A DNA stretch of 64,000 nucleotides from Catajapyx aquilonaris (Eukaryota), in NCBI GenBank assembly GCA_000934665.2, contig JYFJ02001330.1, positions 1 to 64,000 on the forward strand, read 5' to 3'. The notes below the pieces were generated by a model. That model was not told the DNA's origin, ran no database searches, and saw only the letters and a program-made list of their open reading frames with translations. Numbering within the stretch: the stretch's first letter is position 1; each line of letters starts with the position of its first letter. Shown here piece after piece: positions 25,868-39,143 of this stretch. The translations under genes and the position numbers were made by a program.

Positions 25868-26231
25868 TTCTGTAGGAGGAAATCATATCAAATAGTACCA
25901 TAATGGAAATAGTCAGTAATATGGTTCCATAATCCACATGCACTTGTTGCTGCTGTTTATTTCTGACACACTTTATAGCTGGAGTGTAATATTGGCTCCT
26001 ATGCCAAGCATTGCAGTGTTATACTCTCACCTAGTACTGAAATAAGGGTGCACTGTAGTCCTTCAGCAAATGGACTTTTGTCTTAGAAATAAAGCACCTG
26101 CAACTGTGGGGAGCAGCAGATTCGCCCCACAGCCAGACAATTTAATGCAGCTGCAATAAACAATAAGGCATTCATTATTCCTTTAAAAGCTATATTATTA
26201 AAATCCTTGGGGGAGTTGGCCGAGCCCTCTG

Positions 26232-26325
26232 ATTGGTCCGTCCCCATTTTGTTGCCGCCACCGCTTCCTATTGGTCTCCGTCCATTGTTACTACGACGTA
26301 TTGTTACCATGACGCCTCTGATTGG
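26232..26325 (-). promoter_or_regulatory. Three CCAAT boxes (NF-Y-type)
   Basis: ATTGG at 26232, 26270 and 26321, upstream of a candidate PSMG4 5'UTR donor (ctag|gtgaga about 26030). Confidence 0.4.
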
Positions 26326-27633
26326 CCCCCGTTCTGAGCATGCATAATGGGTGGAATACCGCCACAGTCGCTTGCTGGATGTCGACGAGGACACATCGCC
26401 TCTCCCGCGAAGACCCCTCCACCCTTCCACCTTCCTCCACCCATGTCTTCACGGTGACCTCACAACAGGGGAGGGGGAGAGGAGGGGGGAAGGAGGAATG
26501 GTCGAATTGGAACGTCGTAAACATACCGGACATAGGCTAGGTCGGGATGTTGTTTATCAGTAGTGCCAACTCCATGGACACTGAGCCCGGGGATAGGTCG
26601 AGAACGTCAAAAGAAAGTGTCGGGCAGAATGAAACCAGTGTTTTGATCATCTCATACAAACACTGCAGAGTTCCGTGGACATTTATAATGGGGGGGGGGA
26701 GTTATGAGCAGTTAGAAAAACGTGGTCAGAAAGTGTGCATATAATTTAGACAAATGTGTGCGAGTGCATACGAGTAGAAGCGGTAGAGGTTGTGAATTTC
26801 TGTTCATACAATAATTGGGGTTTTTAAAAATTCAAAAGGTATGCTGAGGTGGGAAAAATGCATATTTCCCAGCCAATGCAAAGCAAAGGTGGGATTGCAG
26901 ATGGGTCGCAGGGTACCGAATCACGGGTATGTGAATGCACGGAGGAACGGTGGGTGGGGGTGTATGCATATGATTGGGGGATGGGCATCATCATTGGCTA
27001 TAAAGCCGAAGCGATTAAAAATATGGCAGGCACTGCAGACCATAGGCCTAAAAAAAAGCAAGCGAAGTGAGTGGTTTTCTACGCCTGCACCATAAAAAAT
27101 GCGAGCGTATCGAGGGTATTTCTAGTAGGATAACACTAGCTGCGGAACCTGTTCTTCGCACGGCCCGTTTCCATGATAACCACCAACAAAAACCCATTCC
27201 CATGGCCAAGAAAACTTTGCCTTATAAGTATACTAGCTGCAATGGTCTAAACTTCTGCCACGACAACTGTATAAGAAAATGGTGTCATGCAGTTGCAGTA
27301 TGACTTTGCACTGCATGACAAAGCAATGAACACATTCCCAATACATTTCAGAACCCCTGGAATCTTCCCCACAACCCTGAAATGAAACATCTCACCTCCA
27401 AATCCCTTCAAAATCATCTCAGAATGTCTCCCGAATGTCCCGATGATGTCTCAAAAAGACGTCAACGTAAAGCGGCCATCTTGGAATCCATGTAGCTGCT
27501 TATTCTCGGGGTAGCCGTTGTGCTGCATTCGGCCCTCCCGTAGCAGCCGGTAAATCCAAGATGGCGCCCACCTGAAGCAGACTGAGAGAAGCACCTCCTA
27601 GTCCCTCTCTCTGTCCAGGGAACAGCTCCGACC

Positions 27634-30600
27634 ATGGGGGAGATGCTGGACAATATTCCAGGCCAGTTCCTGGACGACTTTCAGTACGAGCCGGATAAGC
27701 TGAGCAAGCCAATCAAGGCGGTCAAGGTATGGGTTGTAAGCACGTGCGTCGGTTGGTGTGCCTTTATTTAATTTGCTGTGTTGCGTTTGCAGGAGAAGTG
27801 GAAGCTGCTTCCGGCCTTTCTGAAGGTGAAGGGACTGGTGAAGCAGCACATAGACTCATTCAACTACTTTGTCAACGAGGACATCAAGCAGATTGTCAGC
27901 GCCAATGACAGGGTCACCAGCGATGCGGATCCCATGTTTTATGTCAAGTGAGGAACTTATCATTTGTTGGGCTGTGTTGAGTACACTTGAGGAAAAGAGT
28001 ATCAAAGCATGTGGATTTTTTTGAAAAGAAAGCTGACAATCGCACAGAGGGAGATAGTCACTTGGATCCACAAAATTTTCCTTACTGGGCAGATTTCTGT
28101 TAGATGTGGCAAAGTTATAATGAAAAACAATCAAGGCTGATAATTACTCTCATGCTCCACACTAATGTCTGTGGTTGGAACAGTTTGGGATAATTTTATT
28201 AGCCATGCAGTTAATTTCATTGAAATTTTCAGGTACTTGAATGTGTACGTTGACATGCCGAATGTTGAAGAAGGCTTTAACATTACCAAATCTACAACAC
28301 CACATGAGTGTCGACTTCGAGATATCACATACTCGGCCCCAATCACCGTGGATATTGAATACACCAGGGGTACGCAGAGGGTGGTTAGGAATGGCCTTCC
28401 CATTGGACGGTACGTATACGAGAGTGTCTTATTTTTTGTTAGACACTCATTGCTAAGCTCGGCTAGTTGCAATACCTGCTGTCTTGTTCATTCATTTCAG
28501 GATGCCTATAATGTTGCGCAGTGCAAAGTGTGTCCTGGCAGACAAGTCCCAGTCTGAACTGGCCCACATGTACGAGTGTCCGTACGATCCAGGTGGCTAT
28601 TTTGTGGTGAAGGGTGTTGAGAAAGTGATTCTCATCCAGGAGCAACTGTCCAAGAACAGGATGATTGTTGAACAAGATCGCAAGGGAGAGGTGGGATGTC
28701 AGGTCCTAAGTGTAACACACGAGAGGAAGTCCCGCACCAACATACTCACCAAGCATGGAAAGTATTATCTGAAGCACAACAATCTGCAGGACGTGAGTAT
28801 TTTGCCAGCATATAATTGGACTTCACATATTAAGTTCTTTCGCTTCTTTTCACAGATGATTCCAATTGGAATAATGTTCAAGGGCATGGGCATTGAGTGT
28901 GACCAGGAGATGGTCCAGTTGATTGGCACAGAGGAGTACATAATGTCTGCGTTTTCCCCATCGTTAGAGGAGTGTCACCGGCAGGGTATCTTCACACAGA
29001 AGCAGGCTTTGCGCTATATTGGTGGGAAAGTGCGCCAGAACCGCCTCTTCGGTGGTCAGAGAAAGACCCCTGTGGACGAAGGACGGGACTTTCTGGCCAA
29101 CACTGTCCTTTGCCATGTTGTGGTGGAAAACTTTAATTTCAAGCTCAAGGCGACGTACACTGCCCTTATGGTGCGCAGAGTCATCCAGGCCCAAGGTGAC
29201 GAGGGTGTGGTTGACGATCGCGATTACTACGGAAACAAGCGCCTGGAACTGGCAGGGTCTCTTCTGTCTCTCCTCTTTGAGGATCTGTTCAAGAAGTTTA
29301 ATTGGGAGCTGAAGATGATAGCAGACAAAAACATTCCCAAGATCAAAGCAGCTCAGTTTGACATCGTGAAGCACATGCGACAAGACCAGATTAGCTTCGG
29401 ACTGGAAAATGCCATCTCCTCAGGGAACTGGACCATCAAGCGGTTTAAGATGCATCGTCTGGGAGTCACTCAGGTAATTGGAACTCGCTGGTGAATAATG
29501 TACGGTACCCAAAAATTATCAACAAGCTGTTACCATTTTTATAAATTATGTTTCTGAGCACATGAAAGTAATGTTCTTTGGCTCTGACGTATTGGTAGTA
29601 GCAGTATCCTAATATCCCATTTTCTGTCCCAACAGGTTTTGTCCCGCCTGTCATACATTTCCGCCCTAGGCATGATGACCCGTGTGAATTCACAATTTGA
29701 GAAGACCCGCAAGGTATCTGGGCCACGTTCCCTGCAGCCATCTCAGTGGGGGGTGATGTGTCCATCAGACACACCTGAGGGTGAAGCTTGCGGACTGGTG
29801 AAGAACTTGGCTCTGATGACCCATATAACCACCGAGGTGGACGAGGCCCCCATTGCACGGCTTGCATACAACATGGGTGTAGAGACTGTGGGGATTCTCT
29901 GCGGAGAGGAGTTCTCGGACCCAAAAACATACCTTGTCTTCCTCAACGGAAATATCCTGGGTGTGGTGAGAAACCATCTGAAGCTAATTCGGACATTCCG
30001 GATGCTCAGGCGGAGTGGATGCGTCTCAGGATTTGTGTCCATATACCCACAACATAGTCATCGATGTGTGTACATCAGCTCAGATGGAGGGAGGCTATGC
30101 AGACCGTACATTGTAGTACAAAACGGGCGATCAGCGGTATGTTTTGGAGAGAACGCTCGATGTTACATTGTTAGTAAACATCTTTCCCCATTTCAGGTGC
30201 AAGATTCCCATATGAATGAACTTCATCGAGGCATGCGGAATTTTGAGGATTTTCTGCAGCGAGGTCTTGTTGAATATTTGGATGTGAATGAAGAAAGTGA
30301 CTCTCAAATTGCACTGTATGAAGTTGATATTACCCGTAACACAACCCACCTTGAGATAGAGCCTTTCACTATTCTGGGGGTTTGCGCAGGGCTTATTCCT
30401 TATCCGCACCATAACCAGAGCCCTCGTAACACCTACCAGTGTGCTATGGGAAAGCAGGCCATGGGCACTATTGGATACAACCAGCGCAATCGTATAGACA
30501 CCCTCATGTACAACCTAGTCTACCCGCAGCGGCCCCTAGTGAAGTCTCGGACAATAGAACTCATTCATTTTGAGAAGCTACCAGCTGGACAAAATGCAAC

Positions 30601-32212
30601 TGTGGCAGTCATGTCATACAGTGGGTATGACATAGAAGATGCTCTGGTACTGAATAAGGCCTCAGTGGATCGTGGTTATGGCCGGTGCTTAGTATACCGC
30701 AATGCCAAATGTGTGCTGAAGAAGTATGCTAACCAGACCTACGACCGAGTTATGGGCCCACTCATTGACTCAGAGTCTCGCAAGCCCATCTGGAAGCATG
30801 AAGTTCTGGATGCTGATGGGATTGCAGCCCCTGGGGAGAGGGTGGAGTCCAAGCAGGTGCTGGTCAACAAGTCGATGCCCACTGTCACCCTGAATCCACT
30901 CAACAGGCTTCCTGGACAGGCGCCTGTACAGCCAGAATACAAAGACGTGCCCATCATGTTAGTGTCTAGCTAATGCGTAACAGATTCTAATGATACAGAT
31001 AAATGGGCTTTTGCGATATTGATAATTTGCTACTACTACATTTCTATTTCCCTTGGCAGGTACAAAGGTGCGGCTCCGTCTTTTGTGGAGAAAGCAATGA
31101 TATCTTCAAACAGCGAAGACGCCCATCTGATTAAGCTCCTACTGCGTCAGACCCGCCGCCCTGAGCTAGGTGACAAGTTCAGCAGTCGTCATGGCCAGAA
31201 GGGAGTGACTGGACTGATTGCAGAACAAGAGGACATGCCGTTCAGTGACCAAGGAATATGTCCTGACATGATCATGAACCCTCATGGATTTCCATCTCGA
31301 ATGACTGTGGGCAAATTGATGGAACTATTGGCGGGAAAAGCAGGTGTTCTGGATGGGAAGTTGCACTACGGGACAGCCTTTGGCGGATCAAAGATGAAGG
31401 ATGTGTGTGAGGATCTGATCCGACATGGGTTCAACTACCAGGGAAAGGACTGTTTGTACTCAGGAATGACAGGGGAGCCATTGGAAGCGTACATATACTT
31501 TGGACCAGTCTACTACCAAAAGCTGAAGCATATGGTATTGGACAAGATGCATGCAAGGGCGCGTGGCCCCAGGGCTGTACTGACCAGGCAACCGCTGGAA
31601 GGGAGGGCCAAGGAGGGTGGCCTCCGTCTGGGCGAGATGGAGAGGGACTGCCTCATCGGTTACGGAGCAAGCATGCTGCTACTTGAAAGGCTCATGATAT
31701 CCAGTGATGCTTTCAAGGTGGACGTTTGTGACAAGTGCGGACTCATGGGCTATTCGGGATGGTAAGTTCACTGACTCGTCTTTTAAAGTTACAAATGTGA
31801 CAAGTGCACATCATGGCTCAAGGGAAATCCGTTTTTTTTTTCCTCATTCTAGCACTGTACAATACATTACAACCAATCACATTGTACATATTGTATGGTA
31901 CAGTACAGAGTGAGGAGAAAATGGTTGTTTTTTTTCGCTCTCTCACCAGTACCAACCTGAGGATATTGAAAGTCGTTATTTTTGCTGGTTTCTTGCCAAA
32001 AACATGGCAGCATTGTTACTGTTTGTGTGCTGACAGTACATGTCCACACTGAAACGTAATTTTCCATACTGAATTATTTCAGGTGTCATTACTGCCGCTC
32101 CAGTGAGAACGTGGCGTCCATTCAAGTTCCTTATGCCTGCAAGCTTCTGTTCCAGGAGTTGCAATCAATGAACATTACCCCGAGGCTCAAGCTGGACAAT
32201 TACTGCAGTTAA
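27634..32212 (+). CDS. POLR3B: RNA polymerase III subunit RPC2, join(27634..27726,27793..27947,28233..28409,28501..28792,28856..29473,29636..30136,30197..30957,31060..31761,32083..32212), 1142 aa
   Basis: [59 protein letters not shown] and [16 protein letters not shown] motifs; nine exons in frame with GT-AG introns. Confidence 0.97.
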
Positions 32213-32398
32213 TGTATAATTGTAATAATAAATCCTTGCATGAAAATGAGCTATTCTTGAATCTCTCGTTATTCTTGTACGTACCCATGTGTTGTGGAAA
32301 TTTAATTTCTTTACTTATGATGGGACAATAAATAAAAATTGTAAGTTACGAAAATGGAATGTTATGGGTGTGAATGCAATTTTTTTAAAAAAAGGAAG

Positions 32399-32470
32399 TT
32401 CCGGTACCGGGAATCGAACCCGGGCCTCCCGGGTGAGAGCCGGGTATCCTAACCACTAGACCATACCGGA
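32399..32470 (-). tRNA. tRNA-Glu(CTC)
   Basis: TCCGGTATGGTCTAGTGGTTAGGATACCCGGCTCTCACCCGGGAGGCCCGGGTTCGATTCCCGGTACCGGAA: full cloverleaf, anticodon CTC, oligo-T terminator downstream. Confidence 0.96.
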
Positions 32471-33404
32471 GACGTTGGAATGACTCGCTTCGGAGGTGCT
32501 ACTTGCACTGCACACTCATCGATCGTCTCCACAATTCGCTGGTTGTCATGTATCAATAACAATATTTTTTTACAACAATTCATAGTAACAATGCAAAAAA
32601 ATTTAATTTCAGGAAACGACTTGTGCGGTCATGACCTACACGTCACCTTTTTGGCTCTCTCTATAATATATTATAAAGAGCGCCTGTCACATAGGATAAA
32701 TCGCCTTCTTTTGTGCAATGCCGTTACAATGTTTCGCTCTTACCGCGCACTTATCAAACCTTCAGATCGTGCCCATTTTTTTTTTTCATCATCGTCTCCT
32801 AAAGCGCAGGTGTGTACCCAACAAACGCTAATTCGTTTCGACCGTGATTGCACGGTGCACAATTGGCCCGATCCGTCAGTTAAATTTATTCATAGCAAGA
32901 GGTACCGTATAAGTCCAAGTTATAACACCCCATAACGAAACGTCCAGACACATAAATAAGATGGGGGGGAAGTGTACGCTGGGGAAAACCCCCTGCCAAA
33001 CTGGTATGTGATGCGTAGTACACGCAGCACAAGTCTTGACACGTACCACGCAAAACTTATATAATTTGTACGCGACAAAACAAACCGGTTCTTGACGCCT
33101 CCCACGAAGGTCGTCGGATGAACCCTGGTGTAAAGTCCGGTTTCCCCCACCCAGCCCACACCCATCATTCCCAAAAGTGGTCCTTCCAAACATATCCCTC
33201 ACGCCACACATTCCTCTGGTTCTATTATCAAATTGCGTGGGGGGTGTTGTGATGAGCAGGTACAAGGTTGTAAAATTATTCCGGGATTTCCCTACGTTTC
33301 AGTTTTTATTACTTGTTGGAATGTGCTGTAAGTCACACTTCATTTTATGGCAACGAAATACTTAGGGCCAGGGTATAATTATGGGAGGAAAAACGGAATT
33401 TTAA

Positions 33405-33770
33405 TATAAGTATGTAAATAAATAAATATGCATAAATGTGTAAATAAATTTGTATGCATAAATGTGTAAATAAATAAATATGCATAAATGTGTAAATAAA
33501 TTTGTATGCATAAATTTGTAAAAAAATTAATATGCATAAATGTGTAAATAAATTAGTATGCATAAATGTGTAAATAAATCAGTATGCATAAATTTGTAAA
33601 TAAATTAATAAATGTTCATAAATTTGTACACAAATTAATATTCATAAATTTGTAAATGCACTAAATAAATGTACATAATTTGTAAATAAGTATATGACAT
33701 AATTTGTAAATAAGTATATGACATAATTTGTAAATAAGTATATGACATAATTTGTAAATAAATAAATTAC
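33405..33770. repeat. AT-rich minisatellite (ATGCATAAATGTGTAAATAAA-like and TAAGTATATGACATAATTTGTAAA units)
   Basis: Multiple tandem, related 24-30-bp units. Confidence 0.85.
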
Positions 33771-35469
33771 ACATTTCTATATATAAAGCAGAAAACTTGT
33801 CTGCATGTCCGGGCTACCTAACCCACTTTTAGACTGCTGAGAGTTCTGAAACTTGGCACGTGTAAATAAAATAAATGCAACTAAATATAAATAAATAATT
33901 GCAGATGAATGCAAATAAATAAAATATAAATGTATATTTATATAAAATAAAATATGATGCTGGGCTGGAGTACAAACTGCATTCTACATGAATATTACAA
34001 GTGTAATTAACCTATTGTTGCAACGCCCTGTGATAATAATCATGTTGAAAGGTTTGTGTTGTCATGTTTTTATACACCCATATCTATACAGGATACATTT
34101 TTTTCACGCTAAGCTCAAGTTAGTATTAATATCAAGCCGACTTATCACAGACTTGTCGTCACCCCCCCCCCCCCACACAAAAAAAACGAAACTGCCTATA
34201 ACTTAGTTATAATTAGAGGACTTGAAACACGAACAACGAAACCAATAAAACTGACCTCTCAAAAAACCAGTTCCAAACATGCATTCTCTATAATAAACCT
34301 GAATATCTTCCGGCTATTATTTCAGTACATCTCTCGCGGCATCTGTACAAAAGGCTGAAAATTGGCAAACATTAGTTGAAAAACCGTCAGTCGTAAACAC
34401 TGGGAGAAAAATCCTTCCAAGTTCCCGTTATTACATGGGCAACTATGATTACTATCTGTAATTATTGGGGGTTGTCCTGCATTCGCCCATATCGCCAAAA
34501 TGTGCCCTGAGGATACAGAAAAAATGGTCAGCTGACCTTGCTGACCATGTTCATTCAAAAGCGTGTCATAAAGGTGTTGATAACTGGGTCGTAAAGTGAC
34601 TCAAATGTAAACATCAGACTGCATCTATCGCTCATTAGGAGGGCTATAAAACGGGCGCCTATCATCTCAAGGTGTCACGGGTCTAGGTGCAATAGACTAT
34701 ATGAATATTACTTGCTTTCCAAGAGTGGTTCGAACTGGAATTACCCGATGGGGACATGCCTTTTTAGCATAATGGCGTGCAGGGATTATTGTTGCCTTAG
34801 GTGTGATTGCAATTTTTTTTCGGGTGCCAATCATTTAGATTTTTTGGGATTGGCGGAGGCTAGCTGCTTTCTATAACGGATCATTTGCTATAGGCGTAAA
34901 CCTGCAGGCCTGCGTGACATGGCCAGGATGTCATTATTATTTTTAAAATTTTAAGAAAAAAATGAATTATCCCCTTTGTATAGCCTACACTATACTTTTG
35001 CTTGCAATGAACTTGTCCTGAAACTGGTTTCTATTGTCGCAAATTGTTTTACAATAGGAAATGCAGTTCCATTGTTAGGGGCACACTGGGCAGGATTTAT
35101 AGAGTACCATGATGACCTAAGAGGAAATATTCTGTCTTATTCCTTATAGAGTACCGTACGTGCAACGTATAGGGTGGCAGAGTTATTGTCAAAAATGTTT
35201 CATATATCCATAAGGTGACAGAAGGAAACCACATTCCAATCTGTAAAATCGCACATAATTTATTCATCTTTTTTTCTTATGTATAGCTACAGCATTGTTC
35301 ACAAATTGGACAAAACGGAACATCATCACCCACTGAAATGTCTTTGGGTAGCTCCCACGGTTTGGCACCCGATCAAACCAAGTGACGTAACGGGCACATC
35401 ACTCTGCCAATGACCTTAGATGTACAGGGTGTATAATAAAAGTCGCTTCCCCATCATTGTAACCATTGG

Positions 35470-38400
35470 TTACTGTTGGAAAGCAGCGGCCGCCGCTGCA
35501 GCAGCCGCCTCTTCCCTTTGTATATGAAGCACCGGCGATTCCTTGGAGTTGTGGAAGACGCTGAAGACAAAGTGGGGTTGGGTTGACTGAACTATACCTG
35601 CGGGCAGCACCGGCCCCAGGGCGTGGTCTCTGCTGCCCAGGTCGTTGGGCACCAGCAGCACCGGAGGAGTGGCGATCTCCTTCGGGAAGCTGGGGATCTG
35701 TATCAGAGGTGGCTCGAAGGCAAAGGTCGGAGGAGGCACCACCGACACACCCTTCTCACCATCTAAGGGCTTGTGGTCCACCTGCGGACAAAAGGAGCCA
35801 TATTCAAGTGTGGGCTTAGGTGTCGTACGCCGAAAGTGCCGAGGTGTCGATGTCTATCGGATTGATGATGCGGGTCGGTCAAGGACCTTAAAAAAAACCC
35901 GAAGCTAATAGGCTAATAGCGAGAAAATCCTCCGTACCTTCATTTCACGCCCTTCAGTTCCAAGTTGACGCGAAAATTACATACAAAACTGCTTGAAGAT
36001 ATTTCTCAGCACTATTTTGTAGCTATAGCTGCACGCGAAGCACTGTGCTAAAAATCACACGCTCATTTGCATATCAAAATGGATGTGGCTATGATCGTTC
36101 TGAGTTATCTTCTTATTAATACCCGGCCAAAAAATTACAATGGCACAGTGACCTATATGCAAATAAAATTATTTTACATATCCTGCGACATGTGCTGTGC
36201 AGAGGTTATGACCCCCCCAACTATTTGATGCCGGATCCCGCCAAGTGCCGTACAGGTAGTTACCCTCGTAAGTCACGCACGCCCTACGTTTAACCCTCGA
36301 GCAAGGCCTTTTGATCCTTCCGAGATACCAAAGAACCATCGAATTAGAATGAGTTGCAAGAAAAAAAAATTAGCGTGCGATGAAAGGTCATCCAGGCGAA
36401 AGGTATTGCAGCTGCATTTTTCTCATTCCTTCTTCCTGCATGGGAACGATTATCGGAAGGCCATTGTCTTCAAAGGCATACTGTTGTGTCATGTTCGTCC
36501 TCTGAGGCTTATCTTATAGGCATTCCAGTATACCTTAGGTGGTTGTGCAGGTATCGGATGTGGTGGAGGAGCCACCGGAACACCAATGGTGTTGGGCAAC
36601 GCCGGAAGAACAAAGAACGTGGTGATCCTCAACGGCGTCGAGGGTGTGAACGGTACGCCAACAGGTATGGGCGCCACTACCGCCCTAACATCGAGTGGGA
36701 ACAGGTACCCATGCCTGAGGACCGTGAAATGTGCCGGCGCCATCACGCTCTTCTGATGCACACTTGTCAGCAAAAGCGGCCTCTGCAACCGGACCTGCAC
36801 TGCTGGCATGGCCGCATGTGACACTCCTCTATCGTACGAGGGTGCATACACAGGGTACGGACTCCCATGGTACACCTGTAGGTTGGACTGCGGCACCAGC
36901 AGCAAGGGCACCCTGACCATCGCCTTCTCCATCGACACCGCCTCGTCCACCTCCACTTTGAGGACATTGGTTTGCAATGGGACGTGGGGCAGTCGTGGTC
37001 GGAGGCGGTAGAAGGGGGAGTACGCCAAGGGGTGCTGATAAGGAAGGGTGTGGTGGAGGGTGTTCTGATGGTGGAGGGTGGGCAGAGCTGATGGGATGTA
37101 TCCGGCAGAGGAGGCCGTGATGGCCACGAGCATCGGCACTAGGATCTGAAATGGAGAAGAAGTCATGCTTCATTCCTTCCTGGTTTTTGCTTCTTGGGGG
37201 GAGTCACCCACGCAACCCATTCGATACAGGCATGTCCACTCACGCTTATCAGAAACAGAAAAAAATGTCCAAAAAACTGAACAAAGACTGAAGATGACTA
37301 TTGAATACCACCTGCTGCGAACCTGACCATCGTTGTTTGCAAACATCAGCAGTTGTTGGCTGTAAAAATTCACCTTCAGTCGCTTCAGATCCGGGTGTAC
37401 GATCCAGTCTTTGATCCGGAAACACACAGGGTTCCTCCCAAGGGAATCGAGTCTCAATCATTAATCTGAGGTCATCATGACACCCCGTAGAGTGTTTATA
37501 GACCCAACTCTATGGGTGGTATCGGCTGGGGGTTTATGGCGGTAGCAATTGACTAGATTATTCAAATTGGTTGGCCGTGAGAGTCGCCTAGGAAGTACTG
37601 GCTACTGAGTTTCATACTGGTGGTATGCCTGGTATTTATAACATCGGTATGTTGCATAGTCATTAAGGCTTAGGCACCACATGGTCCATTTTGGCCCTAG
37701 CCTTACCTGGCCACTTTTTGCACCCTGGAATGCTGGTAGATTGAGACCTCGTAGCACACTCCCAGTTTTTTACCCACTATAAAATATTAGGTAATTATTC
37801 TAATTGGCATGTAGCTCAAAATCAATTCCAGTAATTGGTATGCTGGTTATGGAAATTATTGGACCAAGTTGGGTTGCAACAATCGGCTATACTGCCACAT
37901 AATGTGCATATTACACATGTGGCACAGTCATGGACATTGCACGTATGGCACAGTCGTGGACATTGCACGTGTGGCACAGTCGTGGACATTGCACGTGTGG
38001 CACAGTCATATCACATTACGCAACACAATTATTTTCTGCAGTAACGTTACTGCTCTGTAAAATTCCAGAGTTGAGCAGCCACCTGCTCTCTAAAAGCCTT
38101 GACAAGGCCGATCTTGAGGGCAAAGGAAACCGACGTGAACAACCTGTGGCTATGCTCTCGTTCCCTGGCCTCCTCAAGGTCGAGGTCGGTTTCTTCACCA
38201 CACATTCTGGCATGCTGGACCACCAAGCCCTCACTATCATCATCATCATCCATCCAACAAGATTGGCCTTGCTGCTCAACAATTCCTGCGGCTCCCTTTC
38301 ACTCTCATTAACCATGGCTGGCCCCTCAGGAGCATACGGTCCGGAGGTCATTGGTCATTCCGGAGCATTGTTGCAACCGACGTAATAGCAAAGCTGGGGA

Positions 38401-39143
38401 GCAACGACCAGGATATCATCACACTTCCCACTTCTGCCCACCAATTACTTCACATGGTGCTAGTTTAATAACTCTGCACAAATATGGAGAGTCCGGTTTT
38501 TTCTTAGGTCGTAAACTAAGCGTAACTGTGCTAATTAGAGTGCAGGCAAATTTTTTGGATGATTTATGCCAGTTAAGATTGCATATATAATTTTTTTTTG
38601 AAGTGGCACGCAGCAGGTGTCTGGCCTTCCCAGGGTCGTGTCAGACATGTGCGAATTGTGTGGGACGTGATATATACCTGGGCTTAAAATAGTTCTGGAT
38701 GCGTGCCTTGTAACAACTCTTTGAGAGAATATGCATAGTGTGGTGGGTTGCAAGCCGCCTCAGGATACGCTTGTAAAACAGGTTGCTCTCCAAGTTACAC
38801 ACCTCCGCAGGAGCTTCTCCTGCATGTTGAGATAACATTCAAATTCACTTGGTCGAAATTTTTTTGAGTTACCGTATACTATGACTAACGCAAATTTTTT
38901 AAAATATGAAAATGCTGTTAACACACCTCTTGAACAAAAAAAAAACACGTTTGATGAGCCAAAAATTTACATGGCATGTTTCCTCAGCTAGAAAAATTAC
39001 AATAATTGGCAACCAAATCACCACACGCATTCTAAACACTGACGTCAAAACAGCGACTTTTTGAGTCAGATCAGTGTAAAAAAGTTCAAGGGGAAATTCC
39101 TAACACTTGACCTATCTGAAATGCGTGTACTCACCAAGATCAT
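35470..39143 (-). CDS. Secreted Pro/Val/His-rich low-complexity protein J (probably cuticular), complement(join(35470..35781,36534..37145,39135..39143)), 310 aa
   Basis: TATAAAAA 39230..39223; MIL|gtgagt...tttcag|ILVPMLVAITASSA signal; phase-0 junction PPK|VDHK; no recognisable domain. Confidence 0.72.
37915..38008. repeat. 26-bp tandem repeat, about 3.5 copies
   Basis: GTGGCACAGTC(A/G)TGGACATTGCACGT units in intron 1 of gene J. Confidence 0.85.

Noticed and set aside
26370..26640. Pyrimidine/purine-tract region starting GGATGT, considered as a 7SK-like or other ncRNA
   Set aside because: It lacks the GATC stem motifs and a clear Pol III terminator; more likely promoter sequence.
27948..28232. 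Possible H/ACA snoRNA in POLR3B intron 2 (AAAGCA plus a GTGGAT...ATCCAC stem)
   Set aside because: No convincing first hairpin or free ACA box by eye; an Infernal or snoReport scan would be needed.
32903..33960. TACCGTATA-type TIR start at 32903 and a Helitron-like 5' end (TCTATATATAAA...AAACTTGGCAC) at about 33776
   Set aside because: Matching opposite termini could not be identified with confidence.
37915..38008. Short regular repeats as a CRISPR array
   Set aside because: Head-to-tail 26-bp units with no unique spacers, in a eukaryotic intron, with no cas genes.
38016..38840. Coding-like fragments within intron 1 of gene J
   Set aside because: Interrupted by stops in all frames; possibly a decayed gene or TE, but no family is recognisable.
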